Shown here in pieces: positions 13,374 to 27,550 of a DNA stretch of 64,000 nucleotides. This stretch comes from Eledone cirrhosa (Eukaryota): the NCBI GenBank assembly GCA_964016885.1, contig OZ024743.1, positions 209,374,001 to 209,438,000 of the forward strand. Direction: 5' to 3'. How positions within the stretch are numbered: position 1 is the first letter of the stretch; each line of letters starts with the position of its first letter. The notes under the pieces were generated by a model, which searched no databases, was not told where the DNA came from, and was given only the letters and a program-made list of their open reading frames with translations. A program made the translations under genes and the position numbers.

Positions 13374-16300
13374 ATGAAATCTCTTCACTCCATAAGATAT
13401 ACCACAGTTTACCATCCTATAGCCACAGACGAAAGCTCTTCACTCCATAAGATATACCACAGTTTACCATCCTATAGCCACAAATGAAAGCTCTTCACTC
13501 CATAAGATATACCACAGTTTACCATCCTATAGCCAGATGAAAGCTCTTCACTCCATAAGATATACAACAGTTTACCATCCTATAGCCACACATGAAAGCT
13601 CTTCACTCCATAACATATATACCACAGTTTACCATCCTATAGCCACAAATGAAAGCTCTTCACTCCATAAGATATACCACAGTTTACCATCCTATAGCCA
13701 CACATGAAAGCTATTCACTCCATAAGATATACCACAGTTTACCATCCTATAGCCACAAATGAAAGCTCTTCACTCCATAAGATATACCACAGTTTACCAT
13801 CCGATAGCCACACATGAAAGCTCTTCACTCCATCAGATATACCACAGTTCACCATCCTATAGCCACACATGAAAGCTCTTCACTCCATAAGATATACCAC
13901 AGTTTACCATCCTATAGCCACAATTGAAAGCTCTTCACTCCATAAGATATACCACAGTTTACCATCCTATAGCCAGATGAAAGCTCTTCACTCCATAAGA
14001 TATACCACAGTTTACCATCCTATGGCCACGCATGAAAGCTCTTCACTCCATAAGATATACCACAGTTTACCATCCTATAGCCACACATGAAAGCTCTTCA
14101 CTCCATAAGATATACCACAGTTTACCATCCTATGACCACAGATGAATGCTCTTCACTCCATAAGATATACCACAGTTTACCACCCTATGGCCACAGATGA
14201 AAGCTCTTCACTCCATAAATTATACCACAGTTTACCATCCTATAGCCACGCCACGGATGAAAGCTCTTCACTCCATCAGATATACCACAGTTTACCATCC
14301 TATAGCCACAGATGAAAGCTGTTCACTCCATAAGATATACCACAGTTTACCATCCTATAGCCAGATGAAAGCTCTTCACTCCATAAGATATACAACAGTT
14401 TACCATCCTATAGCCACACATGAAAGCTCTTCACTCCATAAGATATACCACAGTTTACCATCCTATAGCCACAAATGAAAGCTCTTCACTCCATAAGATA
14501 TACCACAGTTTACCATCCTATAGCCACACATGAAAGCTATTCACTCCATAAGATATACCACAGTTTACCATCCTGTAGCCACAAATGAAAGCTCTTCACT
14601 CCATAAGATATACCACAGTTTACCATCCGATAGCCACACATGAAAGCTCTTCACTCCATCAGATATACCACAGTTTACCATCCTATAGCCACACATGAAA
14701 GCTCTTCACTCAATAAGATATACCACAGTTTACCATCCTATAGCCACAAATGAAAGCTCTTCACTCCATAAGATATACCACAGTTTACCATCCTATAGCC
14801 AGATGAAAGCTCTTCACTCCATAAGATATACAACAGTTTACCATCCTATAGCCACGCATGAAAGCTCTTCACTCCATAAGATATACCACAGTTTACCATC
14901 CTATAGCCACAAATGAAAGCTCTTCACTCCATAAGATATACCACAGTTTACCATCCTATAGCCACACATGAAATCTATTCACTCCATAAGATATACCACA
15001 GTTTACCATCGTATAGCCACAAATGAAAGCTCTTCACTCCATAAGATTTACCACAGTTTACCATCCTATAGCCACACATGAAAGCTATTCACTCCATAAG
15101 ATATACCACAGTTTACCATCCTATAGCCACAAATGAAAGCTCTTCACTCCATAAGATATACCACAGTTTACCATCCGATAGCCACACATGAAAGCTCTTC
15201 ACTCCATCAGATATACCACATTTTACCATCCTATAGCCACAAATGAAAGCTCTTCACTCCATAAGATATACCACAGTTTACCATCCTATAGCCAGATGAA
15301 AGCTCTTCACTCCATAAGATATACAACAGTTTACCATCCTATAGCCACACATGAAAGCTCTTCACTCCATAACATATATACCACAGTTTACCATCCTATA
15401 GCCACAAATGAAAGCTCTTCACTCCATAAGATATACCACAGTTTACCATCCTATACCCACACATGAAAGCTATTCACTCCATAAGATATACCACAGTTTA
15501 CCATCCTATAGCCACAAATGAAAGCTCTTCACTCCATAAGATATACCACAGTTTACCATCCGATAGCCACACATGAAAGCTCTTCACTCCATCAGATATA
15601 CCACAGTTCACCATCCTATAGCCACACATGAAAGCTCTTCACTCCATAAGATATACCACAGTTTACCATCCTATAGCCACAATTGAAAGCTCTTCACTCC
15701 ATAAGATATACCACAGTTTACCATCCTATAGCCAGATGAAAGCTCTTCACTCCATAAGATATCCCACAGTTTACCATCCTATAGCCACGCATCAAATCTC
15801 ATCACTCCATAAGATATACCACAGTTTACCATCCTATAGCCACACATGAAAGCTCTTCACTCCATAAGATATACCGCAGTTTACCATCCTATAGCCACAG
15901 ATGAAAGCTCTTCACTCCATAAAATATACCACAGTTTTCCATCCTATAGCCACAGATGAAAGCTCTTCACTCCATAACATATACTACAGTTTACCATCCT
16001 ATAGCCACACATGAGAGCTCTTCACTCCATAAGATATACCACAGTTTACCATCCTATAGCCACAGATGAAAGCTGTTCACTCCATAAGATATACCACAGT
16101 TTACCATCCTATAGCCAGATGAAAGCTCTTCACTCCATAAGATATACCACAGTTTACCATCCTATAGCCACGCCACGGATGAAAGCTCTTCACTCCATAA
16201 GATATACCACAGTTTACCATCCTATAGCCACAGATGAAAGCTGTTCACTCCATAAGATATACCACAGTTTACCATCCTATAGCCACACATGAAAGCTCTT

Positions 16301-19300
16301 CACTCCATAAGATATACCACAGTTTACCATCCTATAGCCACAAATGAAAGCTCTTCACTCCATAAGATATACCACAGTTTACCATCCTATAGCCAGATGA
16401 AAGCTCTTCACTCCATAAGATATACCACAGTTTACCAGCCTATAGCCACGCATGAAAGCTCTTCAATCCATAAGATATACCACAGTTTACCATCCTATAG
16501 CCAGATGAAATCTCTTCAATCCATAAGATATACCACAGTTTACCATCCTATAGCCACAGATGAAAGCTGTTCACTCCATAAGATATACCACAGTTTACCA
16601 TCCGATAGCCACACATGAAAGCTCTTCACTCCATCAGATATACCACAGTTTACCATCCGATAGCCACACATGAAAGCTCTTCACTCCATCAGATATACCA
16701 CAGTTTACCATCCTATAGCCACACATGAAAGCTCTTCACTCCATAAGATATACCACAGTTTACCATCCTATAGCCACACCTGAGAGCTATTCACTCCATA
16801 AGATATACCACAGTTTACCATCCTATAGCCAGATGAAAGCTCTTCACTCCATAAGATATACCACAGTTTACCATCCTATAGCCACGCATGAAAGCTCTTC
16901 ACTCCATAAGATATACCACAGTTTACCATCCTATAGCCACAAATGAAAGCTCTTCACTCCATAAGATATACCACAGTTTACCATCCTATAGCCACACCTG
17001 AGAGCTATTCACTCCATAAGATATACCACAGTTTACCATCCTATAGCCACAAATGAAAGCTCTTCACTCCATAAGATATACCACAGTTTACCATCCTATA
17101 GCCACGCCACGGATGAAAGCTCTTCACTCCATAAGATATACCACAGTTTACCATCCTAAAGCCAGATGAAAGCTCTTCACTCCATAAGATATACCACAGT
17201 TTACCATCCTATAGCCACAGATGAAAGCTCTTCACTCCATAAGATATACCACAGTTTACCATCCTATAGCCACAGATGAAAGCTCTTCACTCCATAAGAT
17301 ATACCTCAGTTTACCATCCTATAGCCACACATGAAAGCTATTCACTCCATAAGATATACCACAGTTTCCCATCCTATAGCCACAAATGAAAGCTCTTCAC
17401 TCCATAAGATATACCACAGTTTACCATCCGATAGCCACACATGAAAGCTCTTCACTCCATCAGATATACCACAGTTTACCATCCTATAGCCACACATGAA
17501 AGCTCTTCACTCCATAAGATATACCACAGTTTACCATCCTATAGCCACAAATGAAAGCTCTTCACTCCATAAGATATACCACAGTTTACCATCCTATAGC
17601 CAGATGAAAGCTCTTCACTCCATAAGATATACCACAGTTTACCATCCTATGGCCACGCATGAAAGCTCTTCACTCCATAAGATATACCACAGTTTACCAT
17701 CCTATAGCCACAGATGAAAGCTCTTCACTCCATAAGATATACCACAGTTTACCATCCTATAGCCACAGATGAAAGCTGTTCACTCCTTAAGATATACCAC
17801 AGTTTACCATCCTATAGCCAGATGAAAGCTCTTCACTCCATAAGATATACCACACTTTACCATCCTATAGCCACAGATGAAAGCTGTTGACTCCATAAGA
17901 TATACCACAGTTTACCATCCTATAGCCACGCCACGGATGAAAGCTCTTCACTCCATAAGATATACCACAGTTTACCATCCTATAGCCACACATGAAAGCT
18001 GTTCACTCCATAAGATATACCACAGTTTACCATCCTATAGCCAGATGAAAGCTCTTCACTCCATAAGATATACAACAGTTTACCATCCTATAGCCACACA
18101 TGAAAGCTCTTCACTCCATAAGATATACCACAGTTTACCATCCTATAGCCACAAATGAAAGCTCTTCACTCCATAAGATATACCACAGTTTACCATCCTA
18201 TAGCCACACATGAAAGCTATTCACTCCATAAGATATACCACAGTTTACCATCCTATAGCCACAAATGAAAGCTCTTCACTCCATAAGATATACCAGAGTT
18301 TACCATCCGATAGCCACACATGAAAGCTCTTCACTCCATAAGATATACCACAGTTTACCATCCTATAGCCAGATGAAAGCACTTCACTCCATAAGATATA
18401 CCACAGTTTACCATCCTATAGCCACGCATGAAAGTTCTTCACTCCATAAGATATACCACAGTTTACCATCCTATAGCCACACATGAAAGCCCTTCACTCC
18501 ATAAGATATACCGCAGTTTACCATCCTATAGCCACACATGAAAGCTATTCACTCCATAAGATATACCACAGTTTCCCATCCTATAGCCACAAATGAAAGC
18601 TCTTCACTCCATAAGATATACCACAGTTTACCATCCGATAGCCACACATGAAAGCTCTTCACTCCATCAGATATACCACAATTTACCATCCTATAGCCAC
18701 ACATGAAAGCTCTTCACTCCATAAGATATACCACAGTTTACCATCCTATAGCCACAAATGAAAGCTCTTCACTCCATAAGATATACCACAGTTTACAATC
18801 CTATAGCCAGATTTAAGCTCTTCACTCCATAAGATATACCACAGTTTACCATCCTATGGCCACGCATGAAAGCTCTTCACTCCATAAGATATACCACAGT
18901 TTACCATCCTATAGCCACACATGAAAGCTCTTCACTCCATAAGATATACCACAGTTTACCATCCTATGACCACAGATGAATGCTCTTGACTCCATAAGAT
19001 ATACCACAGTTTACCACCCTATGGCCACAGATGAAAGCTCTTCACTCCATAAATTATACCACAGTTTACCATCCTATAGCCACGCCACGGATGAAAGCTC
19101 TTCACTCCATAAGACATACCACAGTTTACCATCCTATAGCCACAGATGAAAGCTGTTCACTCCATAAGATATACCACAGTTTACCATCCTATAGCCAGAT
19201 GAAAGCTCTTCACTCCATAAGATATACAACAGTTTACCATCCTATAGCCACACATGAAAGCTCTTCACTCCATAAGATATACCACAGTTTACCATCCTAT

Positions 19301-22300
19301 AGCCACAAATGAAAGCTCTTCACTCCATAAGATATACCACAGTTTACCATCCTATAGCCACACATGAAAGCTATTCACTCCATAAGACATACCACAGTTT
19401 ACCATCCTGTAGCCACACATGAAATCTCTTCACTCCATAAGATATACCACAGTTTACCATCCTATAGCCACAGACGAAAGCTCTTCACTCCATAAGATAT
19501 ACCACAGTTTACCATCCTATAGCCACAAATGAAAGCTCTTCACTCCATAAGATATACCACAGTTTACCATCCTATAGCCAGATGAAAGCTCTTCACTCCA
19601 TAAGATATACAACAGTTTACCATCCTATAGCCACACATGAAAGCTCTTCACTCCATAACATATATACCACAGTTTACCATCCTATAGCCACAAATGAAAG
19701 CTCTTCACTCCATAAGATATACCACAGTTTACCATCCTATAGCCACACATGAAAGCTATTCACTCCATAAGATATACCACAGTTTACCATCCTATAGCCA
19801 CAAATGAAAGCTCTTCACTCCATAAGATATACCACAGTTTACCATCCGATAGCCACACATGAAAGCTCTTCACTCCATCAGATATACCACAGTTCACCAT
19901 CCTATAGCCACACATGAAAGCTCTTCACTCCATAAGATATACCACAGTTTACCATCCTATAGCCACAATTGAAAGCTCTTCACTCCATAAGATATACCAC
20001 AGTTTACCATCCTATAGCCAGATGAAAGCTCTTCACTCCATAAGATATACCACAGTTTACCATCCTATGGCCACGCATGAAAGCTCTTCACTCCATAAGA
20101 TATACCACAGTTTACCATCCTATAGCCACACATGAAAGCTCTTCACTCCATAAGATATACCACAGTTTACCATCCTATGACCACAGATGAATGCTCTTCA
20201 CTCCATAAGATATACCACAGTTTACCACCCTATGGCCACAGATGAAAGCTCTTCACTCCATAAATTATACCACAGTTTACCATCCTATAGCCACGCCACG
20301 GATGAAAGCTCTTCACTCCATCAGATATACCACAGTTTACCATCCTATAGCCACAGATGAAAGCTGTTCACTCCATAAGATATACCACAGTTTACCATCC
20401 TATAGCCAGATGAAAGCTCTTCACTCCATAAGATATACAACAGTTTACCATCCTATAGCCACACATGAAAGCTCTTCACTCCATAAGATATACCACAGTT
20501 TACCATCCTATAGCCACAAATGAAAGCTCTTCACTCCATAAGATATACCACAGTTTACCATCCTATAGCCACACATGAAAGCTATTCACTCCATAAGATA
20601 TACCACAGTTTACCATCCTGTAGCCACAAATGAAAGCTCTTCACTCCATAAGATATACCACAGTTTACCATCCGATAGCCACACATGAAAGCTCTTCACT
20701 CCATCAGATATACCACAGTTTACCATCCTATAGCCACACATGAAAGCTCTTCACTCAATAAGATATACCACAGTTTACCATCCTATAGCCACAAATGAAA
20801 GCTCTTCACTCCATAAGATATACCACAGTTTACCATCCTATAGCCAGATGAAAGCTCTTCACTCCATAAGATATACAACAGTTTACCATCCTATAGCCAC
20901 GCATGAAAGCTCTTCACTCCATAAGATATACCACAGTTTACCATCCTATAGCCACAAATGAAAGCTCTTCACTCCATAAGATATACCACAGTTTACCATC
21001 CTATAGCCACACATGAAATCTATTCACTCCATAAGATATACCACAGTTTACCATCGTATAGCCACAAATGAAAGCTCTTCACTCCATAAGATTTACCACA
21101 GTTTACCATCCTATAGCCACACATGAAAGCTATTCACTCCATAAGATATACCACAGTTTACCATCCTATAGCCACAAATGAAAGCTCTTCACTCCATAAG
21201 ATATACCACAGTTTACCATCCGATAGCCACACATGAAAGCTCTTCACTCCATCAGATATACCACATTTTACCATCCTATAGCCACAAATGAAAGCTCTTC
21301 ACTCCATAAGATATACCACAGTTTACCATCCTATAGCCAGATGAAAGCTCTTCACTCCATAAGATATACAACAGTTTACCATCCTATAGCCACACATGAA
21401 AGCTCTTCACTCCATAACATATATACCACAGTTTACCATCCTATAGCCACAAATGAAAGCTCTTCACTCCATAAGATATACCACAGTTTACCATCCTATA
21501 CCCACACATGAAAGCTATTCACTCCATAAGATATACCACAGTTTACCATCCTATAGCCACAAATGAAAGCTCTTCACTCCATAAGATATACCACAGTTTA
21601 CCATCCGATAGCCACACATGAAAGCTCTTCACTCCATCAGATATACCACAGTTCACCATCCTATAGCCACACATGAAAGCTCTTCACTCCATAAGATATA
21701 CCACAGTTTACCATCCTATAGCCACAATTGAAAGCTCTTCACTCCATAAGATATACCACAGTTTACCATCCTATAGCCAGATGAAAGCTCTTCACTCCAT
21801 AAGATATCCCACAGTTTACCATCCTATAGCCACGCATCAAATCTCATCACTCCATAAGATATACCACAGTTTACCACCCTATAGCCACACATGAAAGCTC
21901 TTCACTCCATAAGATATACCGCAGTTTACCATCCTATAGCCACAGATGAAAGCTCTTCACTCCATAAAATATACCACAGTTTTCCATCCTATAGCCACAG
22001 ATGAAAGCTCTTCACTCCATAAGATATACCACAGTTTACCATCCTATAGCCACAATTGAAAGCTCTTCACTCCATAAGATATACCACAGTTTACCATCCT
22101 ATAGCCAGATGAAAGCTCTTCACTCCATAAGATATACCACAGTTTACCATCCTATGGCCACGCATGAAAGCTCTTCACTCCATAAGATATACCACAGTTT
22201 ACCATCCTATAGCCACACATGAAAGCTCTTCACTCCATAAGATATACCACAGTTTACCATCCTATGACCACAGATGAATGCTCTTCACTCCATAAGATAT

Positions 22301-25300
22301 ACCACAGTTTACCACCCTATGGCCACAGATGAAAGCTCTTCACTCCATAAATTATACCACAGTTTACCATCCTATAGCCACGCCACGGATGAAAGCTCTT
22401 CACTCCATCAGATATACCACAGTTTACCATCCTATAGCCACAGATGAAAGCTGTTCACTCCATAAGATATACCACAGTTTACCATCCTATAGCCAGATGA
22501 AAGCTCTTCACTCCATAAGATATACAACAGTTTACCATCCTATAGCCACACATGAAAGCTCTTCACTCCATAAGATATACCACAGTTTACCATCCTATAG
22601 CCACAAATGAAAGCTCTTCACTCCATAAGATATACCACAGTTTACCATCCTATAGCCACACATGAAAGCTATTCACTCCATAAGATATACCACAGTTTAC
22701 CATCCTGTAGCCACAAATGAAAGCTCTTCACTCCATAAGATATACCACAGTTTACCATCCGATAGCCACACATGAAAGCTCTTCACTCCATCAGATATAC
22801 CACAGTTTACCATCCTATAGCCACACATGAAAGCTCTTCACTCAATAAGATATACCACAGTTTACCATCCTATAGCCACAAATGAAAGCTCTTCACTCCA
22901 TAAGATATACCACAGTTTACCATCCTATAGCCAGATGAAAGCTCTTCACTCCATAAGATATACAACAGTTTACCATCCTATAGCCACGCATGAAAGCTCT
23001 TCACTCCATAAGATATACCACAGTTTACCATCCTATAGCCACAAATGAAAGCTCTTCACTCCATAAGATATACCACAGTTTACCATCCTATAGCCACACA
23101 TGAAATCTATTCACTCCATAAGATATACCACAGTTTACCATCGTATAGCCACAAATGAAAGCTCTTCACTCCATAAGATTTACCACAGTTTACCATCCTA
23201 TAGCCACACATGAAAGCTATTCACTCCATAAGATATACCACAGTTTACCATCCTATAGCCACAAATGAAAGCTCTTCACTCCATAAGATATACCACAGTT
23301 TACCATCCGATAGCCACACATGAAAGCTCTTCACTCCATCAGATATACCACATTTTACCATCCTATAGCCACAAATGAAAGCTCTTCACTCCATAAGATA
23401 TACCACAGTTTACCATCCTATAGCCAGATGAAAGCTCTTCACTCCATAAGATATACAACAGTTTACCATCCTATAGCCACACATGAAAGCTCTTCACTCC
23501 ATAACATATATACCACAGTTTACCATCCTATAGCCACAAATGAAAGCTCTTCACTCCATAAGATATACCACAGTTTACCATCCTATACCCACACATGAAA
23601 GCTATTCACTCCATAAGATATACCACAGTTTACCATCCTATAGCCACAAATGAAAGCTCTTCACTCCATAAGATATACCACAGTTTACCATCCGATAGCC
23701 ACACATGAAAGCTCTTCACTCCATCAGATATACCACAGTTCACCATCCTATAGCCACACATGAAAGCTCTTCACTCCATAAGATATACCACAGTTTACCA
23801 TCCTATAGCCACAATTGAAAGCTCTTCACTCCATAAGATATACCACAGTTTACCATCCTATAGCCAGATGAAAGCTCTTCACTCCATAAGATATCCCACA
23901 GTTTACCATCCTATAGCCACGCATCAAATCTCATCACTCCATAAGATATACCACAGTTTACCACCCTATAGCCACACATGAAAGCTCTTCACTCCATAAG
24001 ATATACCGCAGTTTACCATCCTATAGCCACAGATGAAAGCTCTTCACTCCATAAAATATACCACAGTTTTCCATCCTATAGCCACAGATGAAAGCTCTTC
24101 ACTCCATAACATATACTACAGTTTACCATCCTATAGCCACACATGAGAGCTCTTCACTCCATAAGATATACCACAGTTTACCATCCTATAGCCACAGATG
24201 AAAGCTGTTCACTCCATAAGATATACCACAGTTTACCATCCTATAGCCAGATGAAAGCTCTTCACTCCATAAGATATACCACAGTTTACCATCCTATAGC
24301 CACGCCACGGATGAAAGCTCTTCACTCCATAAGATATACCACAGTTTACCATCCTATAGCCACAGATGAAAGCTGTTCACTCCATAAGATATACCACAGT
24401 TTACCATCCTATAGCCACACATGAAAGCTCTTCACTCCATAAGATATACCACAGTTTACCATCCTATAGCCACAAATGAAAGCTCTTCACTCCATAAGAT
24501 ATACCACAGTTTACCATCCTATAGCCAGATGAAAGCTCTTCACTCCATAAGATATACCACAGTTTACCAGCCTATAGCCACGCATGAAAGCTCTTCAATC
24601 CATAAGATATACCACAGTTTACCATCCTATAGCCAGTTGAAATCTCTTCAATCCATAAGATATACCACAGTTTACCATCCTATAGCCACAGATGAAAGCT
24701 GTTCACTCCATAAGATATACCACAGTTTACCATCCGATAGCCACACATGAAAGCTCTTCACTCCATCAGATATACCACAGTTTACCATCCGATAGCCACA
24801 CATGAAAGCTCTTCACTCCATCAGATATACCACAGTTTACCATCCTATAGCCACACATGAAAGCTCTTCACTCCATAAGATATACCACAGTTTACCATCC
24901 TATAGCCACACCTGAGAGCTATTCACTCCATAAGATATACCACAGTTTACCATCCTATAGCCAGATGAAAGCTCTTCACTCCATAAGATATACCACAGTT
25001 TACCATCCTATAGCCACGCATGAAAGCTCTTCACTCCATAAGATATACCACAGTTTACCATCCTATAGCCACAAATGAAAGCTCTTCACTCCATAAGATA
25101 TACCACAGTTTACCATCCTATAGCCACACCTGAGAGCTATTCACTCCATAAGATATACCACAGTTTACCATCCTATAGCCACAAATGAAAGCTCTTCACT
25201 CCATAAGATATACCACAGTTTACCATCCTATAGCCACGCCACGGATGAAAGCTCTTCACTCCATAAGATATACCACAGTTTACCATCCTAAAGCCAGATG

Positions 25301-27550
25301 AAAGCTCTTCACTCCATAAGATATACCACAGTTTACCATCCTATAGCCACAGATGAAAGCTCTTCACTCCATAAGATATACCACAGTTTACCATCCTATA
25401 GCCACAGATGAAAGCTCTTCACTCCATAAGATATACCTCAGTTTACCATCCTATAGCCACACATGAAAGCTATTCACTCCATAAGATATACCACAGTTTC
25501 CCATCCTATAGCCACAAATGAAAGCTCTTCACTCCATAAGATATACCACAGTTTACCATCCGATAGCCACACATGAAAGCTCTTCACTCCATCAGATATA
25601 CCACAGTTTACCATCCTATAGCCACACATGAAAGCTCTTCACTCCATAAGATATACCACAGTTTACCATCCTATAGCCACAAATGAAAGCTCTTCACTCC
25701 ATAAGATATACCACAGTTTACCATCCTATAGCCAGATGAAAGCTCTTCACTCCATAAGATATACCACAGTTTACCATCCTATGGCCACGCATGAAAGCTC
25801 TTCACTCCATAAGATATACCACAGTTTACCATCCTATAGCCACAGATGAAAGCTCTTCACTCCATAAGATATACCACAGTTTACCATCCTATAGCCACAG
25901 ATGAAAGCTGTTCACTCCTTAAGATATACCACAGTTTACCATCCTATAGCCAGATGAAAGCTCTTCACTCCATAAGATATACCACACTTTACCATCCTAT
26001 AGCCACAGATGAAAGCTGTTGACTCCATAAGATATACCACAGTTTACCATCCTATAGCCACGCCACGGATGAAAGCTCTTCACTCCATAAGATATACCAC
26101 AGTTTACCATCCTATAGCCACACATGAAAGCTGTTCACTCCATAAGATATACCACAGTTTACCATCCTATAGCCAGATGAAAGCTCTTCACTCCATAAGA
26201 TATACAACAGTTTACCATCCTATAGCCACACATGAAAGCTCTTCACTCCATAAGATATACCACAGTTTACCATCCTATAGCCACAAATGAAAGCTCTTCA
26301 CTCCATAAGATATACCACAGTTTACCATCCTATAGCCACACATGAAAGCTATTCACTCCATAAGATATACCACAGTTTACCATCCTATAGCCACAAATGA
26401 AAGCTCTTCACTCCATAAGATATACCAGAGTTTACCATCCGATAGCCACACATGAAAGCTCTTCACTCCATAAGATATACCACAGTTTACCATCCTATAG
26501 CCAGATGAAAGCACTTCACTCCATAAGATATACCACAGTTTACCATCCTATAGCCACGCATGAAAGTTCTTCACTCCATAAGATATACCACAGTTTACCA
26601 TCCTATAGCCACACATGAAAGCCCTTCACTCCATAAGATATACCGCAGTTTACCATCCTATAGCCACACATGAAAGCTATTCACTCCATAAGATATACCA
26701 CAGTTTCCCATCCTATAGCCACAAATGAAAGCTCTTCACTCCATAAGATATACCACAGTTTACCATCCGATAGCCACACATGAAAGCTCTTCACTCCATC
26801 AGATATACCACAATTTACCATCCTATAGCCACACATGAAAGCTCTTCACTCCATAAGATATACCACAGTTTACCATCCTATAGCCACAAATGAAAGCTCT
26901 TCACTCCATAAGATATACCACAGTTTACCATCCTATAGCCAGATTTAAGCTCTTCACTCCATAAGATATACCACAGTTTACCATCCTATGGCCACGCATG
27001 AAAGCTCTTCACTCCATAAGATATACCACAGTTTACCATCCTATAGCCACACATGAAAGCTCTTCACTCCATAAGATATACCACAGTTTACCATCCTATG
27101 ACCACAGATGAATGCTCTTGACTCCATAAGATATACCACAGTTTACCACCCTATGGCCACAGATGAAAGCTCTTCACTCCATAAATTATACCACAGTTTA
27201 CCATCCTATAGCCACGCCACGGATGAAAGCTCTTCACTCCATAAGACATACCACAGTTTACCATCCTATAGCCACAGATGAAAGCTGTTCACTCCATAAG
27301 ATATACCACAGTTTACCATCCTATAGCCAGATGAAAGCTCTTCACTCCATAAGATATACAACAGTTTACCATCCTATAGCCACACATGAAAGCTCTTCAC
27401 TCCATAAGATATACCACAGTTTACCATCCTATAGCCACAAATGAAAGCTCTTCACTCCATAAGATATACCACAGTTTACCATCCTATAGCCACACATGAA
27501 AGCTATTCACTCCATAAGACATACCACAGTTTACCATCCTGTAGCCACAA
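13374..27550. repeat. Near-identical tandem duplication: copy 1 13374-19418 (6045 bp), copy 2 19419-27550 (6045+2087 bp)
   Basis: ORF offsets are 6045 (13869/19914 to 15628/21673) and 8132 (16011/24143 to 19031/27163). Both copies begin ATGAAATCT followed by CACAGACGAAAG, and both end with the GCTATT/AGACAT/CCTGTAG monomer. Confidence 0.93.
19914..24087. repeat. Nested 2087-bp tandem duplication (19914-22000 / 22001-24087)
   Basis: Five ORFs recur at an exact 2087 offset. Both copies share a private T>C at 21877/23964. Confidence 0.93.
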
